From: Microgenomates group bacterium Gr01-1014_7
GTDB taxonomy: Bacteria; Patescibacteriota; Microgenomatia; Daviesbacterales; UBA10151
Length of the DNA: 64,000 nucleotides
Direction of reading: 5' to 3'
Assembly (NCBI GenBank): GCA_007376405.1
Contig: VMGD01000001.1
Span: forward strand, 66,891 to 130,890
Shown here one piece after another: positions 55,886-64,000 of the stretch. Both the position numbers and the translations under genes were made by a program. The first letter of the stretch is position 1. Each line of letters begins with the position of its first letter. The notes beneath the pieces are model-generated. The model did not search any database. It had not been told where the DNA came from and saw only the letters and a list, made by a program, of their open reading frames with translations.

Positions 55886-57262
55886 TCAAAATTGAGTGGG
55901 GATTTTAGTGAGAGTTTTGGACAGGCGTTCAAAAATCCTTAGGTTGGCATTTTTCTTAATAAATTGCTCTGCCTCTTTATATGAACCTTTTTGCAAAAAA
56001 TAAGTTAGCTTATATGCTATTGTCTCAATCTCAAAAAAGATTCTTGAAAAATTAGGCCATGATATACCCTCACTCTCTCGGAGTGCCCCCTGAGACAGGT
56101 AAGAATTAAGTAGAATGGAATTCCCAATCATATGAGACTGTTTTGCAATATTTTGTTTATAAAGCAGCCAATCTGCTATCATCCAAACTATATGAATAAT
56201 CATAATAGCTTCAAGTTGTTCTTGAGAAAGCAATCCTTTCACAACTAAGTGCTTGCTATGTTCTATGCCCGATGCAAAACCGTTTGCTTCATCAATTGGC
56301 GGATACAATTCTTGTAGTCGTTCTCTTACTGCTGGAAACTTGTGTAGCTGTTTACCAAGCTCATAAAGCAATATACTCCAACCGGTTGCTTCCAAAAGTA
56401 AATCCTTAGAATATTTTGATGCGAATCTTGGCTCAAAAATTGTTTTAAAAATAGGGTAATATAGCTTCTCAAACTTTAGTTTAAATTGTGAAGAATAGAT
56501 TATAATTCTAGATCCATACTTAAGCGCGATATCTATGTTACGGGGAAATTGTTGTCCGGAGGAAAGTATGTCTGCCGGATACCCAGATATAGCAAGAGTG
56601 TGTTCCACCAATACACCAACTCCTTTTCTAGGAATATCCGTGGAATGATATTTACTAAAACTCAATTTTGCACTGCTATATAAAGCCTCTTTGTAGGATG
56701 CAGCCAGTTTAGTTTGCTCAAGATCGATAATTCCCAGATGAGCTTGATATGCCCTTTTTATAGAAAACGCCTTATCCAGATGAGTCTCAAGTGGGCCGAT
56801 AGTGAAATCTAATTTACTATTTTTAACACTTAGCCATAGTTTATAAGCTTCTTCATAGCCAGCAACCTCCAGCAACGATTTTGCCCGAGCATTTAAATAT
56901 GTTTGAAAAGATTTATTTGTACAAGCCCCTGCCGCTTTTTGAAGTTTGTCGGAAATTGGCTTAAGGTATTTGAAGTAATGCACACTGTAAGGTATGCCTA
57001 CCAGGTTGCCATTTTTTTTCTCCACAAAGGTAAGCGGTGAAAGTATTTCAGGATTAATTATGACTGCCTGTTCTAACTCCCGTTTGGTAATCCCTTTGGG
57101 ATAAAACCCCTCTTTAAGTTGAAGCTCATATAAAGCAGTTGATTCCTTAACTATACCTTCAAGGATTTTTAAAATCTTTTTATCTTCTTGAGATAAATCT
57201 TTATAGTATTTATTATCAATCCTAAATTTTCTATATATCATTTTATCTCCAGTACTTTGCAT
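55886..57262 (-). CDS. hypothetical protein (about 450 aa soluble, helical)
   Basis: A long ORF with no motif I can assign confidently. The start may be the internal MIYRKF (about 57241), giving a short overlap with the greA stop. Confidence 0.45.
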   Translation of the reverse strand: MQSTGDKMIYRKFRIDNKYYKDLSQEDKKILKILEGIVKESTALYELQLKEGFYPKGITKRELEQAVIINPEILSPLTFVEKKNGNLVGIPYSVHYFKYLKPISDKLQKAAGACTNKSFQTYLNARAKSLLEVAGYEEAYKLWLSVKNSKLDFTIGPLETHLDKAFSIKRAYQAHLGIIDLEQTKLAASYKEALYSSAKLSFSKYHSTDIPRKGVGVLVEHTLAISGYPADILSSGQQFPRNIDIALKYGSRIIIYSSQFKLKFEKLYYPIFKTIFEPRFASKYSKDLLLEATGWSILLYELGKQLHKFPAVRERLQELYPPIDEANGFASGIEHSKHLVVKGLLSQEQLEAIMIIHIVWMIADWLLYKQNIAKQSHMIGNSILLNSYLSQGALRESEGISWPNFSRIFFEIETIAYKLTYFLQKGSYKEAEQFIKKNANLRIFERLSKTLTKIPTQF

Positions 57263-57726
57263 TTATACTTAACAATTGGCGTGGTTACCTCAACTTCTTC
57301 CCCCTTTTTGGCACCAAGCAGTGACATGCCCAGCGGTGACTCGTTTGAAATTCTTTTTTTGGAAGGGTCAGCTTCAACTCTTCCTACTATGGTAAATTCA
57401 TCAATCCCATCCTCCATTTCAATTTTAACGGTTGAGCCTATTACCACAAAATCCAGCGTATGCTTTTCGGCAATAACTTTAGCACTTTTTAAAATATCTT
57501 CAAGTTCCCCAATCCGCGTCTCCATCAAGGATTGATCTTCAACCGCGCTGTCGTATTCCGAATTCTCAGATAAATCTCCATATTCTCTGGCCTGGCGTAT
57601 TCTTTCGGCAATATCCAGCCTTTTAACTTTTTTTAGGTATTCCAGTTCTGTCTTTGCCTGCGATAAACCATGAGGGGTAAGATAGGTATTTTTTGGATTC
57701 CTGACGGAATATTTTATTTTTGTCAT
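57238..57726 (-). CDS. greA: transcription elongation factor GreA
   Basis: 162 aa. N-terminal coiled coil with 'REYGDLSENSEYD' acidic tip; the C-terminal FKBP-like domain is conserved. Confidence 0.85.
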   Translation of the reverse strand: MTKIKYSVRNPKNTYLTPHGLSQAKTELEYLKKVKRLDIAERIRQAREYGDLSENSEYDSAVEDQSLMETRIGELEDILKSAKVIAEKHTLDFVVIGSTVKIEMEDGIDEFTIVGRVEADPSKKRISNESPLGMSLLGAKKGEEVEVTTPIVKYKCKVLEIK

Positions 57727-57747
57727 CTATTTGGGCAAATCGCGCCA

Positions 57748-57776
57748 ATTTTATGCTAAAATAACACATAAGTCAA
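57748..57776 (-). promoter_or_regulatory. candidate sigma70-type promoter for greA (TTGACT-17-TAAAAT)
   Basis: On the minus strand, -35 TTGACT (57771-57776) and -10 TAAAAT (57748-57753), separated by 17 nt. The -10 element is 22 nt upstream of the greA ATG. Confidence 0.4.
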
Positions 57777-57788
57777 ACTAGATTTTTT

Positions 57789-57862
57789 GCCGCCATCGTC
57801 TAGTGACCCAGGACACCTGGTTCTCATCCAGGAAATCGCGGGTTTAAATCCCGCTGGCGGTA
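57789..57862 (+). tRNA. tRNA-Glu (anticodon CUC)
   Basis: Folded by hand: acceptor GCCGCCA/TGGCGGT (G1-U72 wobble), U8, D-arm GTCT-AGTGACCC-AGGAC, anticodon stem CCTGG/CCAGG with loop TTCTCAT (CUC), T-arm GCGGG-TTTAAAT-CCCGC, and discriminator A. No encoded CCA. Followed by a T6 run. Very similar to bacterial tRNA-Glu, but with an A19/U56 pair in place of G19/C56. Confidence 0.8.
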
Positions 57863-57910
57863 CTTTTTTGGGCTTGATTCCACTATCAGGCTTTGTTACG
57901 CTAAGTAAAT

Positions 57911-59362
57911 ATGAAAAATTCTCTGCTCATCAAGTTGGCTACTACCACATCTTTGGCAATACTGACAATCTCTGTGGTTTCTATTTATTTGGTTCACAGT
58001 TTAACAGTTTCAATCGCAGTTGCTATTTTAGCGGCAATTTTTTCAACCGTCTCCATATTTATCTTTTTGAAACCTTTGCAGGATTTAATAAAAAGTGCCA
58101 AGGCTTTAGGAGATGGAAACTTTAATCAAAGGGTAGATTTAAGAACCGGTGATGAATTTGAAGAAGTTGGCAACTCATTTAACCAAATGGCTAATAAACT
58201 GTCGGGGATTTTTCAGAAGCTGGAAAGAGATACGCAAATCGCAATTTCCGAGAAAAGTAAACTAAATGAAGTATTATCCTCAATAATAGATGGCATTATT
58301 GCCCTGGACTTTAATAGAAATATTCTTCTTGCAAACAGGGCTGCCGAGGAAATTACAGGCTTCACCACTGCCGAACTGCAAGGACAAAGAGTAGATAATC
58401 TTATTCATTTATTCTCCGATTTCGAAGAAATTCTTCCCAAAACTTATTGTGAAACAAATTTTAGCCAGTCTGCCAAATTGACGGGAAAGGAAGGAAAACA
58501 AACCTCTGTTAACGTGATGACTTCAAAAGTAGGGGAAGCGCTGCAAACCAACTTAAGCTGTATCCTTATTTTCCATGATTTATCTAAAGAAGAGGAATTG
58601 GAAAAAATGAAAATGGATTTTGTTTCAATGGCTTCCCATGAACTGCGCACTCCTCTTACCTCAATCATTGGGTATTTGTCAGTTTTTGCTAATGAAAATC
58701 GAGGTAAGCTGCCAAAACAAGATTTGGATTTAATTGAAAAATCAGAAATATCTGCCAGGCAGCTTTTGACTCTGATTCAAAATCTCCTTAATGTTAATAA
58801 GATTGAAAGGGAAGAAATGTCTGTCACACCCGAACCAGTAGATTACCTGCCAATTCTTTCCAAAGCAGTTGAGGATTTAAAAACTCAGGCCAATCAGAAA
58901 GATATTGTTCTAAATTTTAATCCACCCACCGAATCTCTACCCAAAGTTATGGCAGACCCAATCAGGATAAGTGAGGTGGTAACAAATCTTTTGGCCAATG
59001 CCATAAACTATACCAATCCAGGGGGGAAAGTTGAACTGATAATTCAAGTCTCTCCGGATAAAGTAACAACTACTATCTCCGATACCGGAGTAGGAATTCC
59101 CAAAGATGCTATACCGCATCTTTTTAATAAGTTTTTCCGCGTTTCCAATCAAAGCCAGAAAATGAGCAAGGGTACAGGACTGGGGCTATACATTACCAAA
59201 TCTATTATTGAAAAATTAAACGGTAAAATCTGGGTGGAATCCGAACTGGGAAAGGGTAGTAGATTTTGCTTTAGCTTGCCTGTTGCGACGATTAGTTCCG
59301 GAGTATTAAATACTAATCAATTTATGGGAGAACAGATTCAAGCCGGGGCACTCAATTATTGA
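57911..59362 (+). CDS. sensor histidine kinase (TM-HAMP-PAS-HisKA-HATPase)
   Basis: 483 aa. Two N-terminal TM segments, a HAMP-like segment, a PAS region, H-box 'SMASHELRTPLTSIIGYL', then N/G1/F/G2 boxes (LLANAINYT; DTGVGIP; GTGLGLYITKSIIE). Confidence 0.8.
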   Translation: MKNSLLIKLATTTSLAILTISVVSIYLVHSLTVSIAVAILAAIFSTVSIFIFLKPLQDLIKSAKALGDGNFNQRVDLRTGDEFEEVGNSFNQMANKLSGIFQKLERDTQIAISEKSKLNEVLSSIIDGIIALDFNRNILLANRAAEEITGFTTAELQGQRVDNLIHLFSDFEEILPKTYCETNFSQSAKLTGKEGKQTSVNVMTSKVGEALQTNLSCILIFHDLSKEEELEKMKMDFVSMASHELRTPLTSIIGYLSVFANENRGKLPKQDLDLIEKSEISARQLLTLIQNLLNVNKIEREEMSVTPEPVDYLPILSKAVEDLKTQANQKDIVLNFNPPTESLPKVMADPIRISEVVTNLLANAINYTNPGGKVELIIQVSPDKVTTTISDTGVGIPKDAIPHLFNKFFRVSNQSQKMSKGTGLGLYITKSIIEKLNGKIWVESELGKGSRFCFSLPVATISSGVLNTNQFMGEQIQAGALNY

Positions 59363-59396
59363 TCTTCTCCTATATTTTAAGTTACAATAGATTAAT

Positions 59397-59813
59397 ATGG
59401 ATCCAAAACCTAAAAAAATTCTACTAGTTGAAGATGAAGATTTTATTAGAGAGCTTTATGTAAGACAGCTGACAAAAGAGGGATTTGAGGTTAAAAGTGC
59501 AACAGATGGACAAACCGGCTTAAACTTGCTAAAGCAGGAAAGTTTTGATCTTTTACTTTTGGACATCATGCTTCCGGGAATGAATGGACTGCAACTTCTG
59601 CGGGAATTTAAAAGTCAAAATCCGAATTCTTCCATGGTTACCATACTTTTGACCAACCTGGGACAGGAAGCAGTGATTAAAGAGGGGTTTGAACTTGGGG
59701 CACAAGCATATTTAATTAAGGCATCATACACTCCGGATCAGGTAGTAACAGAGGTCAAAAATGCTCTCTCCGACGGCCAGCCACCTACCCCAAATCCTAA
59801 TCCGTCATCTTAA
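59397..59813 (+). CDS. stand-alone response-regulator receiver domain protein
   Basis: 138 aa. CheY-like receiver ([11 protein letters not shown]...[12 protein letters not shown]...K). No DNA-binding or other output domain; Pro-rich C-terminal tail [10 protein letters not shown]. Confidence 0.75.
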   Translation: MDPKPKKILLVEDEDFIRELYVRQLTKEGFEVKSATDGQTGLNLLKQESFDLLLLDIMLPGMNGLQLLREFKSQNPNSSMVTILLTNLGQEAVIKEGFELGAQAYLIKASYTPDQVVTEVKNALSDGQPPTPNPNPSS

Positions 59814-61829
59814 AAAGGGAACCAGAAGAAGTGCTACTATATTGACTACTTTAATCATCGGATTAATGGCCGGGCCGGCTGTATCTTTGTAGGGATCACC
59901 AACCGTATCTCCTGTGACTGCGGCTTTGTGGGCCTCACTCCCCTTACCTCCAAACTTTCCCGATTCTATGTACTTTTTAGCATTATCCCAAGCAGCTCCA
60001 CCCGTAGTCATAGAAACTGCCACAAAAATTCCTGTGATAATACTCCCAACCAGCATTCCTCCCAAAGCCACCGGACCCAGAATAAATCCAACCAAAAATG
60101 GAGCTAGAACCGGAATCAGGGCGGGAATAAACATTTCTTTTTGTGCAGCAGCCGTGACAATAGACACACAGCGAGCATAATCCGGTTTGGCCGTGCCCTC
60201 CATAATTCCCTTGATAGTTTTAAACTGACGCCTTACTTCCTCCACCACTGCCCCGCCGGCCTTACCAACAGCCTCCATGGCAAAGGAGGCAAAAAGATAG
60301 GGGAGGGACCCGCCTAAAAACAGACCTACCAGAACTTTAGGATCTGACAGGGAAAAGTTAAGTTCTCGCCCCACTGCGGCAAATTCCTGTGAATAAGCGG
60401 CAAATAAAACCAATGCTGCCAGGCCAGCTGATGTGATTGCATAACCTTTGGTGACAGCCTTAGTGGTATTGCCCACCGCATCCAGAGGGTCGGTTACTGC
60501 CCGGACTTTGGAAGGCAAGCGAGCCATCTCGGCAATTCCCCCGGCATTATCGGTAATCGGCCCGAAAGCATCAATTGCCACCACAGTCCCGGCCAAAGAT
60601 AGCATTGAAACAGCAGCAATGGCTATACCATAAAGCCCGGCTAAGCCGTAGCTTACCAGAACTGCTGCCGAAATTAACAGCACGGGGAAAAAAGTAGATT
60701 TCATAGAAGTAGCCAGCCCGGCAATAATATTGGTGGCGTGGCCGGTTTTGGAAGAGGCGGCTATATGTTGCACCGGATTATATTGGGTACCTGTATAATA
60801 CTCGGTTATCCAAAAGATTGCTCCTGTCACCACCATCCCAACCAAAGCGGATAAATAAAGATTTAAAACCGAGAAGACTCCGTTATCACCCATCAAGGCC
60901 GAAGTTATCGGATAAAAAAGTATTAAAGAAAAAACTACCGCCACTGTCAGACCTTTATACAGCGCTCCCATGATATTCTTTCCCGCTTCGCGAGGCGAGC
61001 CCGAAAGTTTAACTATTATACTTCCCACAATAGAACCAAAAATAGCAACAGATAAAAGAAGCAGGGGATAAACCAAGGCTTTGGGAAAAGCCGGTAGAAG
61101 CAACTGCCCCAGTAAGATTGCGGCAATGGCAGTGACCATATGGGTTTCAAAAACATCCGCTGCCATGCCGGCGCAATCGCCAACATTATCCCCGACATTA
61201 TCGGCAATCACGCCTGGGTTTCTCGGGTCATCCTCGGGGATTCCTGCTTCAAGTTTGCCAACCAAATCCGCCCCAACATCTGCTCCTTTGGTAAAAATTC
61301 CACCACCAAGCCTGGCAAAAACCGAAATCAGAGATCCGCCAAAACCTAATCCAATTAAAGCTTTTAAATCCCCTCCTGTGTATTGATAGAAACCATATAC
61401 GGCACCCAATGCCAAACCAACCACTAAAAAGCCGGTGACTGCCCCGCCTTTGTAAGCCAGCGAAAAAGCCTCAAATAACCCTTTTTTAGCTGCCTCAGCC
61501 ACCCGGACATTGGTCCGGACAGAAACACTCATACCCACAAATCCAGCCAGGGCCGAAAGAGCGGCCCCTATTAAAAATCCAACTGCCGTATTTTGACCTA
61601 AGTAGTAATATAAAATTGCTGCTAAAACTGCTGCCACGCCTGCCACCACCAGATATTGTCTTTGTAAATATGCTGCGGCTCCCTCCTGAATGGCAAAGGC
61701 AATCTCTTGCATGCGCTCATCCCCTGCCCCACGTCGCATAATATCTACAATTAGCCAAAGGCCATAAAGTAAGGCCGCTCCCACCGCAGCCCAAATAATT
61801 AAGCTGGTATTATTTATTATGAAATCCAT
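59805..61829 (-). CDS. hppA: membrane-bound proton/sodium-translocating pyrophosphatase
   Basis: 674 aa with about 16 TM helices. Conserved H+-PPase motifs ([17 protein letters not shown]; [19 protein letters not shown]; AAWDNAKK). Confidence 0.85.
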   Translation of the reverse strand: MDFIINNTSLIIWAAVGAALLYGLWLIVDIMRRGAGDERMQEIAFAIQEGAAAYLQRQYLVVAGVAAVLAAILYYYLGQNTAVGFLIGAALSALAGFVGMSVSVRTNVRVAEAAKKGLFEAFSLAYKGGAVTGFLVVGLALGAVYGFYQYTGGDLKALIGLGFGGSLISVFARLGGGIFTKGADVGADLVGKLEAGIPEDDPRNPGVIADNVGDNVGDCAGMAADVFETHMVTAIAAILLGQLLLPAFPKALVYPLLLLSVAIFGSIVGSIIVKLSGSPREAGKNIMGALYKGLTVAVVFSLILFYPITSALMGDNGVFSVLNLYLSALVGMVVTGAIFWITEYYTGTQYNPVQHIAASSKTGHATNIIAGLATSMKSTFFPVLLISAAVLVSYGLAGLYGIAIAAVSMLSLAGTVVAIDAFGPITDNAGGIAEMARLPSKVRAVTDPLDAVGNTTKAVTKGYAITSAGLAALVLFAAYSQEFAAVGRELNFSLSDPKVLVGLFLGGSLPYLFASFAMEAVGKAGGAVVEEVRRQFKTIKGIMEGTAKPDYARCVSIVTAAAQKEMFIPALIPVLAPFLVGFILGPVALGGMLVGSIITGIFVAVSMTTGGAAWDNAKKYIESGKFGGKGSEAHKAAVTGDTVGDPYKDTAGPAINPMIKVVNIVALLLVPFLR

Positions 61830-61893
61830 GAAAATTCCCGAGGCAGTATTTATATAGTTTACCCTTAAGTTTCCGAAGGGTCAAGAGGAAATC

Positions 61894-64000
61894 TTATGCC
61901 AGAGCCGGCTGAGGAGTAAGCGGAATAGATTTGTGCTGGCGGAGCAAAGGAGATCTAAGCAGGGCTACCCGCAACACCTCATCCAAATGTTTTACCCAGA
62001 CAAAATGTAAATCCTTCAAAACATAATCCGGTATATCTTCCAAATCTTTTTCATTATCGCTTGGGGCAATAATAGTTTTTACTCCTGCCCGATGGGCTGC
62101 CAAAACTTTTTCCTTCAAACCTCCTATTTCCAAGACCCTTCCCCGAAGGGTAACCTCTCCTGTCATGGCCACATCCTTCCTGACCGGAATTTTGGTAAAA
62201 GCGGAAACAATCGCTGTAGTTAGGGCAATGCCGGCTGATGGTCCATCTTTAGGAATTGCTCCTTCCGGCACATGAACATGAACATCAACTTTGTGGAAAA
62301 ATCGCTCCGGCAGTCCCAAATGATTCCAGTGAGCTCTGACATATGACATAGCTGCCTGCCCGGATTCTTTCATCACATCCCCCAGTTGTCCGGTTAAAAG
62401 TAAGGTCCCCTTTCCCGGCATTAGAGTTACCTCAATAAAAAGTACCTCTCCCCCGGCCTCTGTAACTGAGAGCCCGGTGGTCATTCCCACTTCATCCTCT
62501 TTCTCTGCCAGAATCGGCAAAAACTTAATCGGCCCCAAAAACTTATGAACCTGCTCCGAAGTAATGACAGCTTTCTTAACTTCTCCATTTCCCTCTGCCA
62601 CTTGCCTGGCCACTTTACGCATTATTGCAGACAGTTCCCGCTCCAGGCTTCTTACACCTGCTTCCCTGGTATACTCCCGGATCACCGATCTGATGCCTTC
62701 ATCCATAAACTCAATCTGCTCCGGTTTTAAACCATGATTTTCAACTTGTTTTGGAATCAAAAAGCTTTTGGCAATATGGAATTTCTCATCCTCTGTATAG
62801 CCGGGATAGCGGATGACTTCCAGCCGGTCGCGCAGGGCCGGCGGGATAGTATCCAAAATATTGGCCGTGGTAATAAACATCACGTCAGACAAATCAAAAG
62901 GCACTTCCAGGTAATGATCGGAAAAGTTTTCATTTTGCTCAGGGTCCAAAGCTTCCAAAAGAGCTGCCGAAGGGTCTCCCCTATAATCTGCTCCAATCTT
63001 ATCAATTTCATCCAGCATAAAAACTGGGTTTTTGGTTTTGGCCTGCTTAATCCCCTGAATTATTCTTCCCGGCATTGAACCGACATAAGTTCTTCTGTGT
63101 CCTCTTATTTCCGCCTCATCCCGAATCCCTCCCAGAGAAACTCTGATGAATTTTCTATTCAAGGCTCTGGCAATAGATTTGCCAATTGAAGTTTTACCTG
63201 TGCCCGGAGGGCCAACAAAACAAAGAATCGGGCCTTTCATTTTCCCTGCCAGCTTGTGCACTGCCAGATATTCCACAATTCTCTCTTTGACCTTTTTTAA
63301 TCCGTAATGATCCGCGTCCAAAATCTCCTCTGCTTTTTTCAAATCAATCTTGCCCATATTTTCCAGTTTCCAGGGTAAATCTGTTAACCATTCCAGATAA
63401 TTTCGAATGTATCCTGCCTCAGGATTGTAAGTTGACATTTTGGCCAGCCGGGACAGTTCTTTTTTGGCTCGGTCCAAAACTTCCTGGGGCATACCTGATC
63501 TTTTGATTTTCTCTTCAAATTCATGAATTTCCTGATGCTCCGAATCTGCCCCACCCAACTCTTCCTCAATGCTTTTCATTTGTTCCCGCAAAATCGCCTC
63601 TTTGGTCATTTTGGAAACCCGCTCATGAGTCTGGGTGGAAATTTTCTGGGAAATTTCCATGATCCTTATTTCTTTGGCCAGAAGCTCGGTTAATCGCTGC
63701 AACCGGTCTGAGGCAGAAACCATCTCCAGAATTTGCTGCTTATCGATGGTTTTAAAATCTATTGACTGGGTGATGGAGTTAACCAGCTGGTTGGGATCAT
63801 CGGAATAAGTAAAAAGCGACCAGTTGGCAAAATTACTTTGATCAAAAAATGGATTACCGCCAAGTTCCAGAAATCTTCTGACCTGATCTCTGACAGTTCT
63901 GATTAAAGCCTCTGTTTGCTCGTTTCTTTCATAAAGCTCAGGAATCTCTTCTATTTCTGCTTCAAGATATGGTTCTGTTTTGGTGAAATTTTTAAGATAA
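61894..64000 (-). CDS. lon: ATP-dependent Lon protease (partial; N-terminus beyond window end)
   Basis: AAA+ module (GPPGTGKTS) and S16 protease domain with the catalytic Ser in 'DGPSAGIAL'. I extended the frame manually: it stays open from 63723 to position 64000 (...[26 protein letters not shown]...). The gene therefore starts outside the window, and the ORF-track start at 63723 is an internal Met. Confidence 0.85.
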   Translation of the reverse strand, partial: YLKNFTKTEPYLEAEIEEIPELYERNEQTEALIRTVRDQVRRFLELGGNPFFDQSNFANWSLFTYSDDPNQLVNSITQSIDFKTIDKQQILEMVSASDRLQRLTELLAKEIRIMEISQKISTQTHERVSKMTKEAILREQMKSIEEELGGADSEHQEIHEFEEKIKRSGMPQEVLDRAKKELSRLAKMSTYNPEAGYIRNYLEWLTDLPWKLENMGKIDLKKAEEILDADHYGLKKVKERIVEYLAVHKLAGKMKGPILCFVGPPGTGKTSIGKSIARALNRKFIRVSLGGIRDEAEIRGHRRTYVGSMPGRIIQGIKQAKTKNPVFMLDEIDKIGADYRGDPSAALLEALDPEQNENFSDHYLEVPFDLSDVMFITTANILDTIPPALRDRLEVIRYPGYTEDEKFHIAKSFLIPKQVENHGLKPEQIEFMDEGIRSVIREYTREAGVRSLERELSAIMRKVARQVAEGNGEVKKAVITSEQVHKFLGPIKFLPILAEKEDEVGMTTGLSVTEAGGEVLFIEVTLMPGKGTLLLTGQLGDVMKESGQAAMSYVRAHWNHLGLPERFFHKVDVHVHVPEGAIPKDGPSAGIALTTAIVSAFTKIPVRKDVAMTGEVTLRGRVLEIGGLKEKVLAAHRAGVKTIIAPSDNEKDLEDIPDYVLKDLHFVWVKHLDEVLRVALLRSPLLRQHKSIPLTPQPALA

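Noticed and set aside
57787-58125. 112-aa plus-strand ORF in the track (MPPSSSDPGHLVLIQEIAGLNPAGG...)
   Set aside because: It starts inside, and reads straight through, the tRNA-Glu gene and then into the histidine-kinase N-terminus out of frame. The tRNA and the kinase explain the region.
61858-61884. Hairpin (acccttaagtttccgaagggt) between the lon stop and the hppA start
   Set aside because: It has a 6-bp stem followed on the minus strand by an A/T-mixed tract, not a U-run. It may be a weak terminator or just part of the hppA promoter region. The evidence is insufficient to call it.
1-64000. Searched for CRISPR arrays, rRNA genes, integrases/transposases and toxin-antitoxin pairs
   Set aside because: I found no periodic direct repeats with spacers and no rRNA-like conserved stretches. 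No recombinase or transposase motif appears in any long ORF. The only mobile-element-like signal is the inverted repeat around the four-helix-bundle gene, which is reported separately.
55028-64000. Higher GC content of the 3' third of the window (HisG-like, hppA, lon) versus the glycosylation island, as a possible horizontal-transfer signal
   Set aside because: The difference tracks protein composition. Soluble or Ala/Gly-rich transporters stand against Phe/Ile/Leu/Lys-rich GT-C membrane proteins. Conserved housekeeping genes (lon, hppA, secA) share it, so it is more likely amino-acid-driven than foreign origin.

Overview
This is a low-GC, gene-dense bacterial segment. About half the coding capacity is polytopic membrane proteins, and overlapping start/stop codons are common. 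The gene content is consistent with a Patescibacteria/CPR-type (Microgenomates-like) genome, but that is inference only. The clues are a truncated TsaB, a stand-alone 'four-helix-bundle' gene, a V-type H+-pyrophosphatase, no amino-acid pathways apart from one orphan HisG-like gene, and the standard genetic code (RF2 is present).

The dominant feature is a very large cell-envelope glycosylation island spanning about 1..46.5 kb.
- At least 15 GT-C-fold-like integral membrane proteins from several paralogous families: ArnT/PMT-like with a DE motif, a 'DxARD...GPPTS' family, a 'RWVPD...GYP' family, a 'GxWHxS...NP..SG..NYH' family, and YfhO.
- Five GT2 enzymes. One is fused to a GT-C domain and one to a GtrA-like domain.
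- A Wzx-type flippase.
- A complete rmlABCD (dTDP-rhamnose) operon plus gmd.
- An SDR epimerase.

The remainder is housekeeping.
- prfB, secA, serS, lysS, greA, lon, hppA and tsaE.
- ftsEX followed by a coiled-coil M23 peptidase. Its catalytic motifs occur in circularly permuted order.
- A CAP-domain protein, and an HD hydrolase.
- A HAMP-PAS histidine kinase plus a stand-alone receiver.
- tRNA-Glu(CUC).
- Two Ser/Thr/Pro-rich membrane-anchored surface proteins. These are plausible O-glycosylation substrates.

Most worth a second look.
- The scale and paralog structure of the GT-C island, including the GT2-GT-C fusion.
- The permuted M23 domain.
- A 20-bp inverted repeat flanking the four-helix-bundle gene.
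- The orphan HisG-like and CofE-like genes.
- An unannotated 52-codon two-TM micro-ORF. It is translationally coupled between the CAP-domain gene and rmlA.

I see no CRISPR array, rRNA gene or obvious transposase.
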